Shown: piece by piece, positions 12,301 through 22,962 of the stretch
Layout: the number at the start of each line of letters is the position of its first letter
Position numbering within the stretch: the stretch's first letter is position 1
Source: Antedon mediterranea
Lineage: Eukaryota > Animalia > Echinodermata
Direction: 5' to 3'
Length of the DNA: 64,000 nucleotides
NCBI RefSeq assembly: GCF_964355755.1
Contig: NC_092677.1
Span: forward strand, 1,820,101-1,884,100
Translations under genes and position numbers: made by a program
Notes under the pieces: generated by a model
Database searches by the model: none
Seen by the model: the letters and a program-made list of their open reading frames with translations, nothing else
Told to the model about the DNA's origin: nothing

Positions 12301-15300
12301 TTCAAGTCTATGTCAATTACTTCTTCTTCCTCAGGTTCTTCCTTTACTTTTTCCTTTTCTTCAGTTCCTTCTGCTTGTTGTTCTCTATGGAAAATAAAAT
12401 AAATTGTAATACAGTATAATACAGTGAGCCTGTATGTTTAAAATTTTAGTATAATGTTATAATATCTTTAATATGATACATTACAGGCATACAGTAGATA
12501 GTCCAGATGTACAGTACATTATCTGCATGTATATTTTAATTTATATTTCATTTATTTAAAAGTTTAATAATTTAGAAACACCTGTTATCCAGGCACCTGC
12601 GTACTTACCTTTCAAAATTAATTAACTACTGTAAATTAATAATTACTTTAGACGACCTAAACTTAAGATAACACAACTATAAAAAAAAAAACTATTTTAA
12701 AATTATTTTAAATTGTAAAAGTAAATTTACCAAAACAGACAAAACTTGTTGAGCAATATGGAACAAGAAATATCGCCGAACACTGACGGACTCGCATCAA
12801 ACCAAACAAACAATATCATTACAGCATTCTATTACTGTACTTATATTATACATAGGCCATATCAAAATATTATTAAGTTACTACTGTATACTTGTATTAT
12901 CAAAAGACAATCATAACAAAATTACTTTGTAAATAGCACTCTATATAAATTAAATCACAAATTAACTTGTGCAACTCCCCGTAAATATGTACGCATTTGT
13001 TTTAGAAATCTAATTTTTTTATTTTTTGCATTAAGAATAAAAAGGGTTCTAAAATAAAAATTATTCTAAATTGGCTCGATGAGAAACTAAGCTGTTATTT
13101 GTATTGCCACATTGGTGGAAGATTGTTATTGTACTTTTATATTTTGTAATCAGGTACAAACACTGAAAGCACAGAAATGAATATTACTACAAACAATAAA
13201 TAATATTAAAGCCCAGCTAATATATTTGATATTATTAATTTGGGTGTAACCATTAAAATAGAGGGGTGTGTTCACATGTTTGATGTTTTGAGAAAAAATA
13301 AAACATTACTTTCAGGTGTCACCGTTGGGAACTTGAAATTAGGCAGGGTGGAAGACTATAAAGGTGTCCCACCCATATTGTAGTATAAATGTGTACTGTT
13401 GTTGAAAATAATCAATAGATGTTTGGGTTATACAGAGTCGGATATTGTAATTTGTAGATTGAAAAGGTTGGATGATGAAGTCAGAAGATGAAGCAATTTG
13501 TTTGACCTGAATTCCTTAAAATTGCTACTTCATGAAATCAATAAAATCAAAGACATCACTCACCTCGGGAATCAACAACTTTTAACAACTCAATAAATCA
13601 ATTAAACCCTGTTTGTTGCTAATGCCAGTATATTTTCTATCAATTTGTAGATGTTTAGTTTGGAAGGAACTTTCATCTTGTAGATCATGCTGAGGGCTAT
13701 AGTCGGTTTATCCGGGCACTCGCCGTAGGCTATCTATCTTTTTATCCCCACTGTTTGTGTAATATTGTAGGAATCAGTTTTACTTTTACATAACCTGGCC
13801 TAAATTATATACAGGTTTAAAATTGGCTTTAGAATTTAACCTTGGAATTAGTTTTAAGTTTCTCCCAATCTTTATTCATTAATTTAGTATATAATTAGAT
13901 TTTGTAGGATTCTAGTCATAAATGAATGTGTATTTTGCTATGTTGGTAAAACATAAAAATAAAATATTGTAAATTCCATCCCATGTCCACTTACAAGACT
14001 ATTTGAAATATTCTGTTTAACTATTTTCATTAATTACCAATAGGCAAAACCCATTAGTGTAATTTATATCGAAGCTGCTATATCAGCTCAATTAGGCCAT
14101 TTTGTAGTTTTAATTAATTAGTTATTCATTACAGCAAAAAAAAGCCACAAGAATAATGATTTCACAAAATAAACATTATATTCAACCAGACACTGTCTTT
14201 TTTCTGTCTAAATTATAATTTTTTTTTCATCTAATTTTTCTTCTAGAAAGTACAGTAATTCAACAAACATTTTTCAGGGGACATTTTTATTTTTTTACCA
14301 TTTTATTCAAATGAAGGCCCATTTTTACTGATACTAAAATTTCCAACATGAACCTACAGTTCCCCTCTATAATGAATATTTGGGTTTGTGAACCAAATTG
14401 AAATTTACTAAAAAATGAGAAAATAAGATGGGGACTGAAATTAAAAAGGCTATCCCAAAGTAATAAACACCTTTTACTAATTACCCAGTAGCATTATAAC
14501 AACTAAGTGTTACTTACTAAAGATTTACCTTCAGAAGATATTTGTTTATTAATTTTAAGAGTCAAAGGTGTCAACACCAATTTGTACTAATTGGTTTATT
14601 CGTAGATTAAAGTATTGGGACTGTGAAATAGCAATTAAATGGAGACATCGTATAGGTTGACACCAATGCTACTTACTACTGTAAAAAGTAGATTTAGTGA
14701 AATCGACAGACAGCCAATTCTTTCATCAAATAATATTGAATTGTAAATTGGGTTATTCCATTAAAAGTAAAGGGTAAGATCAAAGAAAATGTTCTTGTAC
14801 TTGTATTTTCTTTAGTGTTAATCTTTCTTTTACATAATAATTAATATGGCCTATTATTTCAATTGACACTGTCAAGGTAACATCAATTTAAACAAAGCAA
14901 ATGTTAAACTGTATGTACATAGTCTATATCGTGCCTAGCTTACCTGTATAAACCGACAATAGCCCGTGCTCTCCAGAGGGAGGGCTTAGATACGAAAGTG
15001 AAAAGTTCCTAGAACACCCCTGTATTATAATGGACCCGTCCGCAACCACGCCCTCATGTGGGAACGTACCACCGTCATCATTTTCTTTCGTAACGTGAGA
15101 ACGTTACGACGTGTGAGAAAAGATACGCTAAGTGTTAGCCTTGTGTACATTGTACAAAGCAAATGTTAAACTGTATGTACATATTTTTGCTGCAGTAACT
15201 GCAGCAGGAGGAGGTAATAACAATGACCAGAATTTGAAATTTGAAAACCTCCCTCTTGATAAAATAGGAGGGAGGTTCTCTTTGCTAAATAAGCAGTAAA

Positions 15301-18300
15301 TAAATATACATATTTTATACCACTATCACATTCAATTCACCAGGGAAAAAAAGTAGTGAGCCCTCTATCGGCAGCGAATCGTTTTTGCACACGAGACAGT
15401 GTGAACAATTACCCGGAAGCAACTTTGTTTTTAAAAATAAATATTAGGTTTTTGCAAACTGGCCAATTGGAACTTTTGGTTTTATTTACTAATGAATAAT
15501 TCATTAACCACGTGATATTGTTTTTTTATCGACAAAGCCATTATATCTGTGTCAAACAAGGGTGAATTACACCGATGTTTTTTAAACAATTTTAGGGTAT
15601 TCGAATGTTAAAATTTCGTCTAATTTGTTGAGGCTGTAATAAAACAACCTAATTTTTTGAGAAGGTGGGTTTTATATTTTCTGGATATTTAATTTTTCAA
15701 TAGTAGTTAATAAAAAAATCTCGTTGGTGTTATTTTTTATTTTTTTTTAATGGCTGCTTAAACATGTGCCTTTTTGGTTATTTTACTGCTGAAAATGGAA
15801 CACATGCTTGTAGCTAAAATAATTTTTTTACACCATAAGATTAAAAATGGTGCTTTTTAAAATAATAAGAACGTTATATAATGTATAGGAAAGATGTTTT
15901 TAATCATAAAACTTTACAAAGCCTCTTTTATTTTATTTAAAAATCAATATAGTCTAGGCCTAGTTTACTAGGCTTTAGCCTGTTATTATAGTGGAGTAGT
16001 GCGTGTATTGTTGGCGCGTGTTCATTGTCGGGCGCGCGTATTTATAGGCCTAGGCCTAAGGAAATAAAAATAAATGATTACAAATATAACTAAATAATGA
16101 TTATTTAATTTAATGTTGTTTTTTTTTTTACAGATCACAGAGGGATGTTCTTATGGTGTCTGCATACTTCAATACAATAGAAATAGCATTAATCAAGAAC
16201 AATTTCTCATTAATTTACCGGCATATGTGAAACAACACATACAGTAATTTTATGGATATCTACAGATTTTTATTGCCAAAGGACATTTAATTTTTAAAAA
16301 CTTGATATTTTCCTAATTTACTTATATAAAGGTTCAAGCGGAGGTTTGTTGTTGTGCGGTAATTGTTATAAAGTTTAAATGTGATTTCCAAATCGGCAAT
16401 AAATAATCATTATAAATATAAATAGAAAAAGGCCTAGGCCTAGTACAAAAGATGTTAATTTGATGTACAAAACTTGTTGTCTAATTTGTGATAATATTAA
16501 AGGTTTTATGTTAAATCGTGTGTATTTCATTTATTGCTCCATTATTATAATAAAAAGAAGGGAATCGTGAAATGTCATTAATTATTTAGCCCCAAGAATG
16601 TATTGATTTTATAGTATTTTACCAATTTAAACAGTCCAGGCCTAGCTTGCAGACAGTCCCCCCCCCCCCACCCACTTCTTAATAATTTTAAGAAAAATGA
16701 AAGTTCAACACTTTATTTCAAAATTTATAAGCCCTTTGTCATCATATTTTAAGATTATGAATCAGCCACTTAACAAGAATAACAATCGAGGGGCCAATGA
16801 TTAAGCGCATCTTCCCTCATTCTCTTCGCCTAAGAAAACGATTATTCCAGCCCTGCCGCGTCTCCCTAGGCCTACGCGCAACGTGCTTTCGCTTAAAACA
16901 GACCTATATTCAACTCCTTATAGAATTTGTTTGAAAAATAACACCAAGCTTATTTTTGAAAATCTTAGAAAATACATATAAGACTATATTATACCGTTTT
17001 CAGAATTTCATTTAAAAATTCCAAATTAATGTTAACTATTTTAACAAACTAGTTAGTTTTCACTTTCTTGTTTTCGTCGTATGACTCGCTTTGTTTACGC
17101 TTACACTTGGCTTAGACGTTTATCTTAGAATTCGAATAAATGAATCCATAATCAACAAAAATTGGTACTGTTGTGGTTTTTGTTTAATATAAATGTTCCT
17201 AATACACAGAAATCAATTAAACAGCAATATAATTTAATATAAACGAGTTAAAAAGGAAATTTAGACAGCCTATAAAATACGGAAGTCAGAACTCGCGTCG
17301 CTCGTAATGTTCGGTAACTTTCTATTTATAGCCTATCGAAAAAGGCTCTGGCTAACTTTTAAATTAAAAAGGCTCTCGGAACACTTAATTTCCCATTATC
17401 ACTATTTGACGTGGATGTGCTATATGTTCTGTCAAAGGGAAATGAGTTCTTTCTTAATGTACTTCTTATGTCTTTGATTTGATTATAATTCCTTTTAATA
17501 ATTATCTATTATTGGTTGAATAAATATAAAACAACGTACTTCAAAGCTTTGACCTGTTTTCTTGCCTCATGGCCTCGGAACGAAGACTGAATCTTGAGGG
17601 CAGCATCTTCTTCTGACATTTGCTTAGTGACGTCACTCTCTTCGGTCTTGTTTTCTTCTGCTTTAAGTTCTTCAGCCTTTGCCTGTGCTTGGTTCATTCG
17701 CACACCACTCTGGATCTTAGTGGCTGCTGCTTGTTGCTGAGGGTCACTCACATCTCCAATGTTGTTACCCTAAAGTATACATTTAGTAAGATAGAATGAG
17801 AATGTATGAATAGTTTGACATAGTGGATTAATAAATGGATGATGTCAGTTTTTTTATGAATGGTTGGACAACAGAGTGATGGGCATGTCATAATATAGAT
17901 GTGATTTTTGTGTTTCATTGATGTGATATTGTTATTTATTTATTGTGGTATTTATAATATATTATTCGGTCCAGCTGTTTTTTTCAATTTTTGGGTTAAA
18001 TAAAGAATTTTACTTTGACATATAGGCCTATAGTATTATGACGCAATTTATGGTAAGTGTTGCTCTCACAATCTTATGATCATTGATAAATGATGATGAT
18101 ACTGCTACTATTTCACTGATTAATCTGATACAACTGGTCAGCGAGTTTGGTTTTGTGTATTTTATTATTATTTTGTGTTTTACCTTCTCAAACGCCTTAT
18201 TGTTGTAGTACCTGTCCTCATGCTTTGCACCAACGTCTGCTGGATCTATACCTTGCTCTGAAGCAACACCAAAAAAGATTCATAAAAGAAGTTCAAATAA

Positions 18301-18580
18301 ATTTTTTTTTTAAATAGAATTGTAGGCCTACTCTATAGCCTATAATAGGTTACATTTTAGTACCAGAATGATTTAGTTTACAACAGTTCTATAAGTAGGA
18401 AACAAAATAAAAATGAATTTAGTTACCTTCACGAATCTTCAAAAGGTTGTCAAAATAGACAGCCGAAAACGCATAAATGTTGTCAGGTTGATTTCTCAAG
18501 ACTTCCCTGGCAAGGCCCTCCAAAAGATTTTGAAATCCTCTTGGCACTCGCAATTTAGTGTTTGAGAAAGGCACAGACAT
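267..18580 (-). CDS. SPA17: Sperm surface protein Sp17-like, extended multi-IQ form (spliced, 18 coding exons, about 971 aa)
   Basis: Hand-spliced with GT-AG borders and consistent phases: 18427-18580, 18184-18257, 17540-17769, 12222-12384, 7626-7820, 6504-6608, 6179-6337, 5761-5823, 5570-5644, 5401-5469, 5209-5277, 5006-5074, 4814-4882, 4611-4679, 4396-4458, 2061-3140, 1343-1463, 267-355 (sum 2916 nt, TGA at 267-269). The N-terminus MSVPFSNTKLRVPRGFQNLLEGLAREVLRNQPDNIYAFSAVYFDNLLKIREEQGIDPADVGAKHEDRYYNNKAF matches the Sp17 D/D domain and the DP..G.K.EDR.YNN.AF segment. Additional or skipped exons are possible. Confidence 0.9.
1343..1463 (-). CDS. SPA17: Sp17 penultimate exon, acidic/IQ module
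   Basis: VDAPPPAAQETKNEEEEEIDIDLNDPKVADATVKIQAGFK(G); donor G|GTGAGA. Confidence 0.92.
1544..1636. mobile_element. 93-bp MITE with Tc1/mariner/pogo-like CAG termini
   Basis: Perfect 16-bp TIR CAGTCAACTCTCCCAA / TTGGGAGAGTTGACTG; TA on the right flank, CA on the left. Confidence 0.7.
2061..3140 (-). CDS. SPA17: 1080-nt Glu/Thr-rich exon of the Sp17-like gene with internal peptide repeats
   Basis: Open for 360 codons between ccatag| and AAG|GTAGTA; contains (GQTTA)n and about 20-aa ETELVPEAEVKEEVKD repeats; includes the track ORF 2052..2861. Confidence 0.78.
4396..5823 (-). CDS. SPA17: Array of eight tandem-duplicated phase-0 mini-exons (63-75 nt) of the Sp17-like gene
   Basis: Each begins ag|CCTGT (or ag|ACTGT), encodes (P/T)V(E/D)..Q...EPSQDA(T/S)(E/D)(K/T) and ends |GTGTGT; all lengths divisible by 3; introns are homologous to each other. 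Confidence 0.82.
6179..6337 (-). CDS. SPA17: Sp17 coding exon 7, acidic/IQ module
   Basis: DPPAVAPQEEEVDIDLNDPEVEKAATKIQASFKGFKARKEMKKKDGEDEPAKE; phase 0-0. Confidence 0.92.
6504..6608 (-). CDS. SPA17: Sp17 coding exon 6, completes IQ motif
   Basis: GFKLRKEKKESESTTKIAEEESTTVETEKKEEEKM; phase 0-0. Confidence 0.9.
7626..7820 (-). CDS. SPA17: Sp17 coding exon 5, acidic/IQ module (first part)
   Basis: ASSDEKQ...EEEIDIDLNDPEVEKAAVKIQASFK; donor AAG|GTAAG. Confidence 0.92.
9473..10935. repeat. Intronic minisatellite, 21-bp unit GATGACATACTGTAAACTA(G/C/A)A with 23- and 24-bp variants
   Basis: Roughly 65-70 tandem units seen directly; source of the spurious MTYCKL and MSSLVYS ORFs. Confidence 0.97.
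12222..12384 (-). CDS. SPA17: Sp17 coding exon 4, acidic/IQ module
   Basis: EQQAEGTEEKEKVKEEPEEEEVIDIDLNDPEVAKAASKIQAGFRGHKKRKELKE; GT-AG borders. Confidence 0.92.
17540..17769 (-). CDS. SPA17: Sp17 coding exon 3, one degenerate and one canonical IQ motif
   Basis: ...AAATKIQSGVRMNQAQ...DAALKIQSSFRGHEARKQVKALK; phase-2 donor matches the acceptor at 12384. Confidence 0.92.
18184..18257 (-). CDS. SPA17: Sp17 coding exon 2
   Basis: (E)QGIDPADVGAKHEDRYYNNKAFEK; acceptor cttcag, donor AAG|GTAAAA. Confidence 0.93.
18427..18580 (-). CDS. SPA17: Sp17 first coding exon, RIIa dimerization/docking domain
   Basis: ATG at 18578-18580; MSVPFSNTKLRVPRGFQNLLEGLAREVLRNQPDNIYAFSAVYFDNLLKIRE; donor G|GTAACT. 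Confidence 0.95.
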
Positions 18581-18732
18581 TGTTAAAAGATGGAGAATTA
18601 ACCTACAATAACAGGCAAGCTATATAATGTATATTTATACGCTATTTGGTTGTTTCCTTGGTCGATACTATTGAGTGAAAAAAAATCGTGTTCTACCACG
18701 CCGAGAAACAACAAAAGCACACACACACTCTA

Positions 18733-18800
18733 TTTACCTTGGTCACCACGGTAGCTCGGAAGGGTCAAAGGTTGATATGACGTCATTCAGCTATATAAAA
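18733..18800 (-). promoter_or_regulatory. Putative Sp17 non-coding first exon and proximal promoter with CRE
   Basis: Donor CAAG|GTAAAT at 18738 and acceptor at about 18603; perfect TGACGTCA at 18778-18785; X-box-like GTGACCAAGGTAAA over the donor; DR1-like GGGTCAAAGGTTG at 18762. Confidence 0.45.
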
Positions 18801-19584
18801 TATTTGGCGTATGAAGACGATTAATAATGAGGGCGACAAACAGATTCCATCACTCTTCTTCCTTCCACCCTCTCCCCCCCCCCCCCTCTCCAAAGTTTAA
18901 TGAAAGATTATACAAATATTAGATTAAATGCAACTAATTAACAGTTCCATTGCTAGCCACCCCTTCTTTCTTTTATAATCCAAACAAATTGCACTTGCGT
19001 TTTCACAATAAATAAATAATTCAATGGAGCACATCATGTTTGTTTTTTAAGCAGACCACTAAAATAAAAGACCATTTACAAATTTATGTACAGTACTTTT
19101 GTTTTTATTTTTTTGTACTACAGCAATAATCTGATCTACTCATAATTACAATTTCCCAAAATCTTTGACCGTACTTGGTTTACTCAATGTCTTTCAGTAT
19201 TATATACAGACATATCATGAAATATAAACCTCTTGTTAAAATAGATATATTGTATGGTATGGTATCCACAACTTGGTCTTCTACCACACTTTGCAAATAG
19301 TTTTAATTTGACCACTATGCCCATAATACTAGAAAAATAAATTCTGCCTCTGCTTAGATTAAATGAAGATTAAATTAATATAATATTCTGGGCTACTTTA
19401 AAGTGCCAATGTTCATTAATTGTTTTTCTTGTTCAATTATAATTATTCTCGATGTACGTATTTACATGATTAGTTTTGGGTAATACCAGATTTGGTATAG
19501 GTATATCACCCAGTGTATCACACCATAGTGAATACCGTGTGTCTACAGCATTAAGTTTCCCATAAGATTTCATCTTGGCAATTG

Positions 19585-22500
19585 TCAACGCGTCTGTTCT
19601 GTCTCGTAGATTCCACACACCATGTTAGCTGGCAAAGCTTTATCTGCAACAAAAAGAATGGTTTTGTTATTAAAGAGACCTTGTCAAAATTATTTTTTGA
19701 AGATGTGAGGGGCTTATTTACTAAAATCTTTTATGCATTTTCTGAATGTTTGGCCGTCACCAATTAAAAATGTTCATTTCAGTTTCTTACCTATTGCCTT
19801 TGGATAAGGTAGATTTAATTGTTTCATTATCTCCAAAAACTTCTCCTTCGGTTGTGAAAGCCGTGGGTTAAATTTCTTTTCCTCACCAACTGTAGTTATA
19901 CACTGGCCTTGAATTTAGAAAATAAAAAACAAAATTATTATAGAATTTTATGTTATCCTTCTTTGTTTTAGTTTAGTTTTTGTATTTAGTATTTGACTTC
20001 ACCACAGTGCCACCATTCTGAAGGTGAAGCATCTCATTTACACTTTGTAGTTATCATTTGCACACAGCAACAAAAGAATATTTATTGATAATGAATCTAG
20101 CCATACATTATTTTCAGACAGATCATAAACTATTGATAAGACCGCCAGTGGTGTAACTACTATGCATATAGGGGCCTCTGATCTATGAACATGTTAAAAA
20201 AGGCTAAACATGCCCAAAGACTCCAGCGTCTCTATATTAGGGGTCTCAGGCCTGTGCGTTATGCCACTGAAGACAGTGTTGGATTTAGGATTTTGAAATA
20301 GTGGGGGGGGGGGGGGCTAAAAATCGTAAACTGAAGTGCTGAACAGAACCTAATGTCCTATTGTAAATTAAAAAATGTAGGCCCCCTCAACTTGCTGTGA
20401 AGTACTTATATTTTCAATAGCATTAAATTACCTGTATAATCATGAGCAGGATAAAGGCTTGTATCCTCTGGGAGTGTGAATATTTTGCCATGAACATTGT
20501 CATATAGCAGTGAAGAATTGCCTACAAAAAAGAATGTACGTAATGATAATGAAACTATATTAAAGAACATTCCACTATAAAATCACAATCAAAGAATGTT
20601 GCAGAATCCAGGTCAGTCTTATCAGGCAAATGATCCAGGTCAGTCTTATCAGGCAAATGATCCAGGTCAGTCTTATCAGGCAAATGATCCAGGTCAGTCT
20701 TATCAGGCAAATGATCCAGGTCAGTCTTATCAGGCAAATGATCCAGGTCAGTCTTATCAGGCAAATGATCCAGGTCAGTCTTATCAGGCAAATGATCCAG
20801 GTCAGTCTTATCAGGCAAATGATCCAGGTCAGTCTTATCAGGCAAATGATCCAGGTCAGTCTTATCAGGCAAATGATCCAGGTCAGTCTTATCAGGCAAA
20901 TGATCCAGGTCAGTCTTATCAGGCAAATGATCCAGGTCAGTCTTATCAGGCAAATGATTCAGGTCAGTCTTATCAGGCAAATGATCCAGGTCAGTCTTAT
21001 CAGGCAAATGATCCAGGTCAGTCTTATCAGGCAAATGATCCAGGTCAGTCTTATCAGGCAAATGATCCAGGTCAGTCTTATCAGGTAAATGCAGGAATTA
21101 CAACAAGATACCCAATTAAAAAAAACATAAGATAATAAGATAAACACAATTCCCAGGCTATTGTTAATGCATTGCACTATACCTAGGCTCAATTTGTTGT
21201 TAGTACTATCATTATTTTTTGTTGTATTATACCGGTAACATACCGTGGGGACTTGCATTAATTAGCACTTTAAAGGGTCAATTTACACAGAAAAATGGAA
21301 AGCAGAAAACCGTGTAGGTTGTTCCACGTATTATCTGTATCTATCCTGAGCGGAAACCGCCCGTCCGCTCCCCGCTTTGTGTAAATGGTCATAAAGAATA
21401 ACATAGATTCTATATTTTTATTACCGTTACCACTCATCTGTGTAAATTGGTTTTAATACTGATTTCATGATATTCATATTATACAAACATCAAATACATC
21501 ATTTTAATAGTATAATACAAATATTACCTTTAAATTCTTTAAAAAAAATGTGAAAAATGAACAAGAGTTCATTTTCTTAATAGAGTACCTTCCTGGAAGT
21601 CTGTTCTTCCGCAACCTCTTATAAGCACAGCATCACCTGTGAAGGCCATGATTGGTCGATCACCTGGTTTGAGCACAAAGGTCATGCAACCACTAGTGTG
21701 ACCTGGCGTCGACAATGCCTCAACAAACTGTACAAAAAAAACATACTTATTTATTTAGCAAATTTCAGGATACACGTTGCCTTTGATCATTTAGTTGGTA
21801 TTGGCACTTTATAATAAATGTTTTATTAATATTATTATAAAAAAAATCACTGTCAGAAACGTTATTTTCACAAATATTGAAAACTTGTCTTATTTTCCAA
21901 TAGTCAATTTACCTGCTCCCCAAAACATATTCGATCTCCTTCTTGTAAATAAACATCTGCCTTTGCTCCGCTAGCTTGACTAATTGCACTGCAGCATGAT
22001 GGGATACGCTTTTTAAGTTCTCCAGTTCCTGTGATGTGATCAGCATGGCAATGCGTGTTCACTAAAAATATTAAAAGATTCAAATAAAGTTGATGTTTGG
22101 AGAAAACAGGCTGTGTTGAAAGGAAAAATGTACACAATGAACAATAAGAATAAACAAAGATAAAAAAATCAAGTAAAAAAAAAATGATTGGAGCAAATAT
22201 TATGATATCAAAAAGAAATTACCAGCGTATACAAGTTTTAAACCAAGATCTTGCATAAGATTCACGTCACGCTTCACTAACTCGATGACAGGATCAATCA
22301 AAATTGCCTCGCCTGTCACTTTATCTCCAAGCAAATATGTTAATGTAAAAGATTGATGATCAAATAGCTAAATAAAAAGTAGAATTATTTAAAAAGTAAA
22401 AGTGAAAATACACTATTAAATTATTAAGCATAACACTCAATGGACCCCATTGGAAATAAATTGAAATGTCAATTTCATGGGTCGTCCTTGCATCCATTCA

Positions 22501-22962
22501 CTTGGTTTTATTCAATTTTAATATTCCAATTGTTTGTATTTTTTCTTTGTTATGTATTTTAGGTTTAAATGTATTGTTGAATGGATGCTAAATGAATAAA
22601 TGAAAAATAAAATGAAAACACTTACTACTATTGTACTGTTAGGCATAGGCCTAGGCCTAGTAGTAGTATGCCTATATTAATATAAAAAGCAATCCATCAT
22701 AATAAAACTAAATTTAGCCAGAAACAAAGTTTTAAAAAAAAAGAATTTTATACCAACTCACCTGACGAAATATTAAATTTGAAGGAAGAGTACTGAATGT
22801 TCTTTGTTGTGTGAAAATATTGTTGATAGTAGGCCTAGGCCTACTTGTTAGCTGCCCGCCTATAGTGTCTGGTGACTTTGCTTTATATAAACTAGACATC
22901 CTAGGCCTAGGAGGTCTACCTAACCGGCTGCATGCCTGCCGCATGAACGCAAACGTTGACAT
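19585..22962 (-). CDS. ETHE1: Persulfide dioxygenase ETHE1, mitochondrial (7 coding exons, about 299 aa)
   Basis: Exons 22762-22962, 22223-22367, 21913-22061, 21589-21727, 20432-20521, 19791-19907, 19585-19643 (900 nt). Motifs [67 protein letters not shown]. Arg/Ser-rich N-terminal leader; the start could instead be the second Met (MRQAC). Confidence 0.96.
20146..20269. mobile_element. hAT-like MITE in ETHE1 intron 5
   Basis: Termini CAGTGGTGTAAC / GTTATGCCACTG; 8-bp flanks AAGACCGC / AAGACAGT (6 of 8 identical). Confidence 0.5.
20606..21092. repeat. Minisatellite, 27-bp unit ATCCAGGTCAGTCTTATCAGGCAAATG, about 18 copies, in ETHE1 intron 4
   Basis: Near-identical tandem units seen directly. 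Confidence 0.97.
21275..21453. mobile_element. Small degenerate TIR element
   Basis: GGTCAATTTACACAGA ... TCTGTGTAAATTGG, with an internal TGTGTAAATGGTC copy and CpG-rich core. Confidence 0.35.

Noticed and set aside
20555-21258. Overlapping ORFs ([27 protein letters not shown] repeats)
   Set aside because: 27-bp minisatellite inside ETHE1 intron 4; ETHE1 splices in frame without it
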